From positions 1 through 8,431 of IMG/VR virus record IMGVR_UViG_2713896773_000016: 8,431 nt of DNA; one strand, written 5' to 3'. Position numbers and translations under genes: made by a program. This DNA comes from a virus (Duplodnaviria; Heunggongvirae; Uroviricota; Caudoviricetes). A model generated the notes under the pieces. That model was given only the letters and a program-made list of their open reading frames with translations. It did no database searches and was not told where the DNA came from. Of the stretch, positions 1 through 6,844 are shown one piece after another (positions within the stretch are counted from its first letter, which is position 1; the number at the start of each line of letters is the position of its first letter).

Positions 1-64
1 GTTGTGTACTTTTTTTCTGGCTGATTTGCACCAAGCTTATCAAAAAAAATGGACAAAATCATGA

Positions 65-1366
65 TTAGCTCTCATTCCCGCGCTCATGCAAGCTCCGGCT
101 GTAAACAGAGTCAGCCGGCATTTCTACGCGCACGGAAACGAAATGATCGGCAGGGATATCTACCGGCTCCCCCTCTTCGATTCCGTCTCGTTCATTTCTG
201 GCGAATACTGGGGCGGTTGGATATGTGCGATGATAAGTTCTAACCAAAATGGAACCGTCCGCATTAACTTCATAATCGAGCCAAATCAGCGGCTGCTTGT
301 TGCGGTCAGTGGGGATATCAAAACCGCCGTCTATGCCTCCCCACGCGGCATCAGCATTAAGCCCCATACAGCCTTCAATGAGATATGCTCCGGTATTAAT
401 ACGGGTTACAGTGCATCCTGCTGACTCATCGTTTAATTGAAATTCACCATCAGAATAAATCTTAACAATCGGAGAGGCAGACTTTATAAATCCACTACTA
501 TCTACCGTTGTGTTTTGGTCCGTCCACATTCTGGTTCGCCATGATTCTGTATTAACATCTACTCCAGAAGCTTTAGTCTGTTTGCACACAACACCAACAT
601 TTTTGGACGAGCTATTGGCATACCAAGTAAAGGCGAAGTTGTTCACACCCTCGTTTGTTTTTGCCGTCAGTTTACCTTCATGACCAGCACCACCAAAACC
701 ACCTGCTGATAAACTTGAATAGTACCAGGAAAAAGAATTTTCACTCTCCGCTGCCGATAGAGGCGGGGCCTTAACAGGGGTGCCAAAACCAAAATCGCCT
801 AAAGAAAGAATATCTCCGGATGTGCTGTAAGCATTGCGTGTGGCGCTACTTCCTAAACCGAGGTTTGTGCGAGCGGCTTCTTTGGTTTTTGCGCCGGTCC
901 CACCCTGGTCAATACTCAATGCTGTACTTAGCCCTTTCAGCTCTGTGATATCGCTATTTGCCCCTTTCCGGGCGAGACCACCGATGGCAGGAATGCTGAG
1001 GCTGGTGCCGTTGATTGTCACAGTGACCAGTTGGTTCGCTGAGGTACTGGCGAACGTTTCCCACGCACCGATATTCTCGTCATACTCATTGATGAGCTGA
1101 GACATGGCCTGTGCCAGTCCATCAACCGAGATAATGTCTGATACCAGAATGCCGTACTTCTGGCCGCTCAGCGCCGGGGAAGCAGCTGGAGTAACCGTCA
1201 TTGACGTGGCGCTATTCACGGATGAAATCTGGAACATCTGAACCGGGTTAGACATGACAATAATCGTCTGGCCAGCGCGAACCTGGCTGGCCGGTGCAGT
1301 CCAGTTTGTACCGGAGCCGGTTGCGGTATTTCCGTTAATAGAGATAGTTCCGGTGCTATAAATCAT
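65..1366 (-). CDS. Phage tail fiber protein (side tail fiber / receptor-binding fiber), 433 aa
   Basis: Seen: ORF 1366->65 with AGGAG 5 nt upstream of the ATG (minus-strand reading AGGAGTTGTTATG). The translation has a Gly/Thr/Ser-rich N-terminus (MIYSTGTISINGNTATGSGTNWTAP...) and the motif LSIDQGGTGAKTKEAARTNLGLG (aa 150-172, plus ~851..917). Established/inference: from memory this QGGTGA...AR.NLGLG motif is recurrent in enterobacterial phage tail fibers; position directly downstream of J agrees. The C-terminal ~140 aa has no motif I recognise. Confidence 0.7.
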   Translation of the reverse strand: MIYSTGTISINGNTATGSGTNWTAPASQVRAGQTIIVMSNPVQMFQISSVNSATSMTVTPAASPALSGQKYGILVSDIISVDGLAQAMSQLINEYDENIGAWETFASTSANQLVTVTINGTSLSIPAIGGLARKGANSDITELKGLSTALSIDQGGTGAKTKEAARTNLGLGSSATRNAYSTSGDILSLGDFGFGTPVKAPPLSAAESENSFSWYYSSLSAGGFGGAGHEGKLTAKTNEGVNNFAFTWYANSSSKNVGVVCKQTKASGVDVNTESWRTRMWTDQNTTVDSSGFIKSASPIVKIYSDGEFQLNDESAGCTVTRINTGAYLIEGCMGLNADAAWGGIDGGFDIPTDRNKQPLIWLDYEVNADGSILVRTYHRTYPTAPVFARNERDGIEEGEPVDIPADHFVSVRVEMPADSVYSRSLHERGNES

Positions 1367-1486
1367 AACAACTCCTAAATTTAGACAACATGAAGCCCGG
1401 AGAGGTATATAACCATCACCAGAAATAATTTCTGAATTGGTTTTTAATACATATTGGGCAACCTTCCAATTGTGTTATAGACTACT

Positions 1487-1520
1487 AAATATTAACCCCT
1501 CAAAAGAGGGGTTAATATTT
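1487..1520 (-). terminator. Perfect 15-bp inverted repeat with 4-nt loop (AAATATTAACCCCTC-AAAA-GAGGGGTTAATATTT), a terminator-like hairpin overlapping the J stop codon
   Basis: Seen: plus 1487-1501 is the exact reverse complement of 1506-1520. The GC core CCCCTC/GAGGGG is followed on either strand by a U-rich stretch (minus RNA ...GAGGGGUUAAUAUUUAGUAG). The J stop codon (1520-1522) sits at the edge of the stem. Inference: intrinsic terminator and/or RNA-stabilising stem-loop at the 3' end of J, possibly bidirectional. Confidence 0.5.
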
Positions 1521-4500
1521 TAACCTGTGAATGAACCAGATCCGTGTGATACTATGATAGTAGGAGAAGAAATGGACGCACCCCTGCCATTTTGAGCGGA
1601 CACTTTAATACTTACTGTTACGTCTGGGCCTGTCACAACCGCAGAATGCATGATAAGTCTATCTGTGTCTTGCACGGATGAACCACTCTCATTACCGTTG
1701 ATATTGATTATTCCCGCACCATTACCTTTAACGTTTGCTATAACACAGACGTGTCTTGCGTGCCCAGAACTGGATGAATCCTTATAAGTCATTACCTTTT
1801 CTAAAGATCCATCGTTATCCCGACTCACATTCGTCCCTGTGTGCATATTTGCAATGTCCCCGATAAAACTTTGGGCTTCCACAGTCCCTTTGAATTTACC
1901 GCTTGTTGCTTGGATCTCACCAGTAAAGCTACCGCCACTAGCATATACTACACCTCTGACGGTCACATTGTTGAATTCAGCATCTCCAGCTTTATTCAAC
2001 TTCCAACCAGCAGAACCAGCTGCATAGTTGTTGGACTGGATATAGTTGCCGATTTTGGCGTTCTCAATGGTGCCGTCCTGGATGAAGCTGGCCCGGATGA
2101 ATGTCTGCCCGTTCTGGATCACGAACGGCAAAGCTACGCTATTTCCGGCTGCCGTGGTGACGGCGAAGCGGTCAGCCAGGAAGATAACCTGCGACTGCAT
2201 GCCGGATGGCGTATTCTCCACGCCGATACCCATCCCCGCGGCGTAATACTGCCCGTTGCTGGAGACACCAACCTTGATGTTATACATCGCGCTGAGTTCG
2301 CCATTAACGTTGGCTATAGCCTGAGCGTTAGTGGTGATGGCGGAGGTATGCCCGTTCACGGTCGCCGTGATGCCGTTTATCTGCGTGGCGGTGGCCTGCT
2401 GATAGTCGGAGAGCGTCTGATTCAGGCTGTTGATGGATGCCTTGTTGCCGTTGACGTCCGTCCGCAGGCTCAGCAATGAACGTGCTGTGGCTTCCTTCTC
2501 ACTGACGATCACCTCGTCGAGACGATCCAGCTGCGCACTGTTACCGGCGACCGTTGCGGAAAGCCTTTTGCGTGTGGCCACCTGCGCCAGTCCGTTCTGG
2601 ATAATGGCAATGGCTGAGTTCTTAACCCCGCCCGTCATGCCGTCCATAGACACGCTGATGCTGTCGATTCGCTGGCCCAGCGCGGTATCAGCCGTTGCGA
2701 CGGTCTGCTCAAGATCTGATAGAGAGGACGACACATCACCGACCGTGCTCGAAAGCTCATTAACACTGGTCTGAACCTGCCCAATGTCCTGCGCGTTTTT
2801 TGCGATTTCCTGCGCCTGGAGCTCAAGTTCATCGTTGGCCTGTTTGATGTCGTCAGCCATGCCAGCAATTTTTTCATTGCTGTCCACCGCGTTCTCGATC
2901 AGGTCTTTGAACGTATCGGAGTCTTTAATTTCCTCCAGAATCACATCTGTGATATCGGAAACATCGATGCTGGCCTGTCCTCGCACCCATTCTGTGTACC
3001 CTGATTCGTTGCCGCTGCGGTCCACCAGCTGCGCGCGGTACCAGAAAATCTGCCCAGCCTTAAGCCCCATCTGCTGATAAAGTTTCTGCGGATACGGTAC
3101 AGATGCCAAAAGCATAGGATTCGAACCGTCAGCGGCAATGCTGTATTGCAGTTCAGTGCTCAGGGTGTCGCCGGTATTAGCCGGGAATCCCCAGGTGACG
3201 TTGATTCCGAATACGACGTCTTCGGAGGCCTTAAGCCCGACAGGTTTGGGTACCTCACCCGCGCGTCCCTTCAGGTGTGTAAGCGCGGAAGTTGCCCAGA
3301 GACTCGATGCGCCGCCGGAGTTGATCGCGCGTACACGGACCAGATAATCACCCTCGAAGATGCCAGGCACTTCGATATTGCGAAGACCGGTCTCCGGTAC
3401 GTTAACCCACTCATTGTCGCCGCGCTTCCACTGCACCCGATAGGCTATGACATCCGCCTGTGGTTTGCCGTTCTTGTCGACCGGCGCATCCCAGGATGCC
3501 GTCAGGGTAGCCACTCGCTGCCCCTGGCGCACTGCGTCATAGCTCGCTACCACGATATTGGTCGGCTGGTTGACGAGGCCGGTTGGTATCAGACTAATTG
3601 GCGGCGTGTCCAGGCGGGCATTGTTATCGACCGCATCATATTTTGATGCGTTATATTCGGCCCCGGTGATAGTGAAGGTGTTTTCTTCATCATCAAATCT
3701 CAGGTTCGTAACGCGGAAGTATTGCAGGCGCAACTGCCCTGCATCGATGACGAATACAGCGTTAGGTAACGGCTCTGCCGTGAAAGGCGTGGCGATCACC
3801 AGCTGCGTGCCGTTTACGGCCTGGATCACCCTGCTTTCGACGGTACCGCCCCGTGTGCGGATCATCAGTGTGTCACCCGCAACGGCACTGGTTCCCCGAT
3901 CGGTTGTCACAGCCTTCAACCCGGCGTTATATCCGGTTATACGCCCGCCATAAACACGCCCTGAAAGGCGTTCGTCAGCAAATGCAAACACGGTACCCGG
4001 CACGTAGACATAGCCATCAAGCCCGGTCTGTAGCGTAATAATCCGGTCGAGTGAGTTGGAATACACCGCCCACCCGCCACGGCGCTGTGCTTCGCTCTCG
4101 CGCGTACAGCCGATTGCGGTGATCTGCGTCTGCTTAAACTTGAACTGCTTAACCAGGTCCGGGAACATCACCGCTGTTGTGCGGTCCTGATAGTGATTGT
4201 CAGGGTCGCTGAAGTTAATCAGCGCGCTGGAGAAGCGGGTCTTTTCACTGCCGCTCGAGTAAACCGGTTTGCCCACCACCGAAGCGCGGGTAAGGATTTG
4301 CAGCTTCGACGTATCCGCCGGCATGTCCGAGACAACATTGAACATGTTGTTGCCCCAGAAAGTCATTCCGTTGAAGCCCGCGGCAATATCTTTAATCACC
4401 TGCCAGGCATCAGCCTGGGACTGGATGTAAACGTCAAACATGAAGCGTGGCTCGGTACCGCTTCCGCCTTTCCCGTCGGGTACCTTCTGGTCGCAGCGCT

Positions 4501-5434
4501 GGGCGATGCGATAGAGCTCCCACTTATCGAGCATTTCTGGCGTCACGCGGCGCCCAAGGCCGAAGCGCGGCTCAGTCAGAACATCGAACCAAATCCACGC
4601 CGGGTTATTCGTCCAGCCCCATTTAAACGTCCCGTCCCATGTTCCGCTATAAGTCCGCGCTATTGGATCATAGTTCGAAGGGATTCGGATGATGCGCCCC
4701 TTCGGCATGCAGGAAATCTTAGGGATGTTGTTGAATGACTTTGCGTTAAAGGACACGTACAGCAGCGCTGTGTGTGGATATCGCAGGCGAGCATCGATCA
4801 CTTCAGTAATCGCTTGCACCTGCGTTTTGTTCTGCAGCATCTGGCTGGTGCTGTCATCGGTGTCACGCACCACTCGAATTTGCCAGCCAGTGCTGGCTTT
4901 GGGAAGATTAATACGGTGGGTTAGTTCATAGAGCGAGCTGAGCTTCTCTGTGACGGTTTTCGTCATGACTGTCGAGTAAGCGCCACCGTCCACCGCCAGA
5001 TCAATATGGTACTGAACCGTAGTGCCGACAATATCCCCATCGTTTTCCTGCTGCTGTAACCCAGGGATGCCAATACGAACCAGCACCGCGTCAATCTGGG
5101 TGTTACTCAGTGCGCGGGTCCATGGTGTGGCCTTTGTCAGCGATACCCCAACCGTAGTTTCATTCTCGACTGCAGGGAATCCCGGTATTGGTGTCTGGGT
5201 CTGTGTGCCAGGCCGGAAATCCCATGACACATTTTCAAAATTCATCGTTCCGTCGGGGTTTCCCAACGGCGTACCGTCCAGGAATATCCGGGTCGCATCC
5301 AGGCCACCAGCAAACTCCCCCTCCCCGAGCGCCAGCAGCATGCGGCAGCGCGCCATTGACTGCGCCGAATCGGGCTGTTCTACAGGTGTGTGCTGCTTCT
5401 GGCTGCCACCCTTTGCACCAGTGATCGCTTCCAT
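1520..5434 (-). CDS. J: Host specificity protein J (central tail fiber / tail tip protein), 1304 aa
   Basis: Seen: 3915-nt ORF. Translation matches remembered lambda gpJ blocks: N-terminal KGGSQKQHTP (lambda KGSSKGHTPRE), QNKT, YSGTWDGTFK (lambda YSGIWDGTFK), CDQKVPDGKGGSGTEPRF (lambda CDQSVPDGFGGTEPRI), a fibronectin-III-like segment (aa ~640-720) and QYYAAGMGIGVENT...VIFLADRFAV (lambda HYVAGIGLSMED...FLVAANRIAF). Established: gpJ forms the tail tip and binds the host receptor through its C-terminal domain. Confidence 0.92.
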   Translation of the reverse strand: MEAITGAKGGSQKQHTPVEQPDSAQSMARCRMLLALGEGEFAGGLDATRIFLDGTPLGNPDGTMNFENVSWDFRPGTQTQTPIPGFPAVENETTVGVSLTKATPWTRALSNTQIDAVLVRIGIPGLQQQENDGDIVGTTVQYHIDLAVDGGAYSTVMTKTVTEKLSSLYELTHRINLPKASTGWQIRVVRDTDDSTSQMLQNKTQVQAITEVIDARLRYPHTALLYVSFNAKSFNNIPKISCMPKGRIIRIPSNYDPIARTYSGTWDGTFKWGWTNNPAWIWFDVLTEPRFGLGRRVTPEMLDKWELYRIAQRCDQKVPDGKGGSGTEPRFMFDVYIQSQADAWQVIKDIAAGFNGMTFWGNNMFNVVSDMPADTSKLQILTRASVVGKPVYSSGSEKTRFSSALINFSDPDNHYQDRTTAVMFPDLVKQFKFKQTQITAIGCTRESEAQRRGGWAVYSNSLDRIITLQTGLDGYVYVPGTVFAFADERLSGRVYGGRITGYNAGLKAVTTDRGTSAVAGDTLMIRTRGGTVESRVIQAVNGTQLVIATPFTAEPLPNAVFVIDAGQLRLQYFRVTNLRFDDEENTFTITGAEYNASKYDAVDNNARLDTPPISLIPTGLVNQPTNIVVASYDAVRQGQRVATLTASWDAPVDKNGKPQADVIAYRVQWKRGDNEWVNVPETGLRNIEVPGIFEGDYLVRVRAINSGGASSLWATSALTHLKGRAGEVPKPVGLKASEDVVFGINVTWGFPANTGDTLSTELQYSIAADGSNPMLLASVPYPQKLYQQMGLKAGQIFWYRAQLVDRSGNESGYTEWVRGQASIDVSDITDVILEEIKDSDTFKDLIENAVDSNEKIAGMADDIKQANDELELQAQEIAKNAQDIGQVQTSVNELSSTVGDVSSSLSDLEQTVATADTALGQRIDSISVSMDGMTGGVKNSAIAIIQNGLAQVATRKRLSATVAGNSAQLDRLDEVIVSEKEATARSLLSLRTDVNGNKASINSLNQTLSDYQQATATQINGITATVNGHTSAITTNAQAIANVNGELSAMYNIKVGVSSNGQYYAAGMGIGVENTPSGMQSQVIFLADRFAVTTAAGNSVALPFVIQNGQTFIRASFIQDGTIENAKIGNYIQSNNYAAGSAGWKLNKAGDAEFNNVTVRGVVYASGGSFTGEIQATSGKFKGTVEAQSFIGDIANMHTGTNVSRDNDGSLEKVMTYKDSSSSGHARHVCVIANVKGNGAGIININGNESGSSVQDTDRLIMHSAVVTGPDVTVSIKVSAQNGRGASISSPTIIVSHGSGSFTG

Positions 5435-5445
5435 ATTACATCCAT

Positions 5446-5470
5446 AAAAAAAGCACCCAATTGGGTGCTT
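5446..5470 (-). terminator. Terminator-like hairpin between I and J: palindrome AAGCACCCAATTGGGTGCTT followed on the minus strand by a 7-U run, ending 12 nt upstream of the J start codon
   Basis: Seen: plus 5451-5470 is a perfect 20-nt palindrome (GC core GCACCC/GGGTGC, AATT centre); plus 5446-5452 is A7, giving U7 immediately 3' of the stem on the minus-strand RNA. Inference: intrinsic terminator or attenuator; function unproven. Confidence 0.45.
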
Positions 5471-5489
5471 GATATTCAGAAAGGAGTTT

Positions 5490-6083
5490 TCAGATGTCTT
5501 CAGCGACTATGCCTGCACTGATGATGGCGCCGCCAATCTCACGGACGCCATAGAGAAGCGCGACCGGGCTTCCCATCGCAAGGGTATTCACCGAGCCACC
5601 AAAGGCATAAGAGGGTTTATTGTCAGGGTCGTCTCGCCCCTGTAACCCTTTGGGCTGAGGTGATAGCATCTGGTAAATGCCGCCTGCCATCATTGACGCG
5701 CCCGACATCGCAAGGCCTGTGCCAAACGTAGCCAAAGTACCGGAGCTAAAGTAAGAAATTGCGATACCAGCCACCACCATCACAGCGCCCAGGATGGTCT
5801 GAAATACTCCGGCTTTTTTCGAACCTTCCATAATCGGCGCAATGCGGATATCACTGTCTCCTGCCAGCTCCTGGAAGTCCTGAGTGCCGATATTCCTTTT
5901 TCCGCGAAACACCGCGAAGATCATGCCATTTTTTTTGGCATTCATCAGATAATCTTCCAGCCCGTCGAAGTTGATACACAGGGCTTTGACCGCTTCGGCA
6001 GATGTCTGCACTGCCAGTTTATGCACACGCCCGAAGCGGGCGCCCAGTGCGCCATACAGACGAATGGTGGTTAAACGCGCCAT
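5490..6083 (-). CDS. I: Tail assembly protein I (lambda gpI-like), 197 aa from the preferred start
   Basis: Seen: the track ORF is 5490..6170, but the ATG at 6083-6081 is preceded by AGGAGA with 7-nt spacing and overlaps the K stop (6071-6073) by 13 nt, typical translational coupling. Translation MARLTTIRLYGALGARFGRVHKL... with an internal hydrophobic Gly/Ala-rich stretch (GVFQTILGAVMVVAGIAISYF). Established/inference: position between K and J plus family-like features support gpI; I could not align to lambda gpI from memory residue by residue. Confidence 0.8.
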   Translation of the reverse strand: MARLTTIRLYGALGARFGRVHKLAVQTSAEAVKALCINFDGLEDYLMNAKKNGMIFAVFRGKRNIGTQDFQELAGDSDIRIAPIMEGSKKAGVFQTILGAVMVVAGIAISYFSSGTLATFGTGLAMSGASMMAGGIYQMLSPQPKGLQGRDDPDNKPSYAFGGSVNTLAMGSPVALLYGVREIGGAIISAGIVAEDI

Positions 6084-6802
6084 GGCTTTATCTCCTGCGG
6101 CAGGTATTTGTGACGAACGCAGATCATCGTGCGGTCTTTGAAATAGCCACGGGCATAAGGCGTGACACACGAGGGCTGGCCGTAAAGATGGTGCAGCAGT
6201 TCGCCTTCTTCAGTGATGATGCCCGCATGGTTCCACTTATCCGAATCAACCTGCATGATGACCATGCAGCCTGGTGCCGGATCGCACTCGACGAATCCTT
6301 CCCGTTCCCAGTTATCAAAATAGAGGTTGTCCGGGTACTGGCTTTCCCACCACGGGTAATCGACGCGAAAATCGTTCAGCGTGACGCCCTGAATGGCGTG
6401 CCAGTCCATAATCAGCCCCCAGCAGTCATTCGAGCCCAGGATAAACGGACGCCCAATAAGCGGCACCGCCTCCGGCATTATCTCGGCGTATTCATCGCTG
6501 TCCGGAGCGTAAATACCCCATACCAAGCCGGAGTTGTTGCACTGCTGGCGGTCCAGATCTGACGGAATAGGCCGGGCACCGTCGCCCGGGTGGGAGTGGA
6601 TGACGCGAATAATCGTCCCGATATCTTCGGCGTTAGCCCAGTGCTCGCCGTCGATGCGAAAATGTTCTGTCGGATTTTCGTGCGTATTCGGCACGGGAAT
6701 GTAGCGCTGGCGACGGCCAGACTGAATAACGAAGCCACAGCACTCACGCGGGGATTCCTCCAGTGCATGCGCCCGGATAGCTGCCATTATGGTTTTATTC
6801 AT
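6071..6802 (-). CDS. K: Tail assembly protein K (lambda gpK-like; MPN/JAMM-type motif plus NlpC/P60-type Cys/His motifs), 243 aa
   Basis: Seen: translation aligns with remembered lambda gpK: IRAHALEESPRECCGFVIQSGRRQRYIPV...PTEHF (lambda IRAHAAAEYPRECCGVVAQKGRRQRYFP...PTEHF), HSHPGDG...S..D (lambda HSHPGG...S..D), NDCWGLIMDW (lambda TDCYTLFRDAY), NHAGIITEEGELLHH (lambda NHAAIYCGDGELLHH). The ATG at 6802-6800 lies 13 nt downstream of the moron terminator and has only a weak SD. Confidence 0.92.
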   Translation of the reverse strand: MNKTIMAAIRAHALEESPRECCGFVIQSGRRQRYIPVPNTHENPTEHFRIDGEHWANAEDIGTIIRVIHSHPGDGARPIPSDLDRQQCNNSGLVWGIYAPDSDEYAEIMPEAVPLIGRPFILGSNDCWGLIMDWHAIQGVTLNDFRVDYPWWESQYPDNLYFDNWEREGFVECDPAPGCMVIMQVDSDKWNHAGIITEEGELLHHLYGQPSCVTPYARGYFKDRTMICVRHKYLPQEIKPWRV

Positions 6803-6811
6803 TGGTACGTC

Positions 6812-6838
6812 CGTAAAAAAACCCGCCGAAGCGGGTTT
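6812..6838 (-). terminator. Rho-independent terminator of the moron gene: stem AAACCCGC / GCGGGTTT, loop TTCG, then a U-run (minus-strand RNA)
   Basis: Seen: plus 6819-6826 aaacccgc pairs with 6831-6838 gcgggttt (8 bp, GC core, 4-nt loop); the minus-strand RNA reads AAACCCGC-UUCG-GCGGGUUUUUUUACGG, a canonical intrinsic-terminator architecture. It lies 7 nt after the moron stop (TAG, 6845-6847) and upstream of the K start. Confidence 0.75.
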
Positions 6839-6844
6839 GGTTAT

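Noticed and set aside
1-64. A/T homopolymer runs (T7 at ~11-17, A8 at ~43-50) downstream of the tail fiber stop
   Set aside because: No adjacent GC-rich stem to make a terminator, and the window ends here so the context cannot be evaluated.
49-424. Plus-strand ORFs 49..243 and 86..424 at the window start
   Set aside because: Antisense to the C-terminal part of the tail fiber gene; short, with no RBS or motif; likely spurious.
1367-1486. Possible lom-like or other small ORF in the J-fiber spacer
   Set aside because: No ORF of meaningful length with a start codon and RBS exists in either strand of this 120-bp AT-rich spacer; it is treated as non-coding regulatory DNA.
1839-5447. Plus-strand ORFs antisense to J (for example 1841..2479 212 aa, 3146..3646 166 aa, 3558..3953, 4193..4738 181 aa, 5022..5447)
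   Set aside because: All lie within and antisense to the well-supported J gene, are Arg/Ser/Pro-rich as expected for reverse-frame translations of GC-rich coding DNA, and lack SD sequences or motifs.
6084-6170. N-terminal 29-aa extension of gpI (track start at 6170, MCHALCPWLFQRPHDDLRS...)
   Set aside because: It would overlap K by 100 nt and has no SD, and the extension is an implausible Cys/Pro/His-rich peptide; the internal ATG at 6083 has AGGAGA at optimal spacing and a coupling-type overlap with the K stop.
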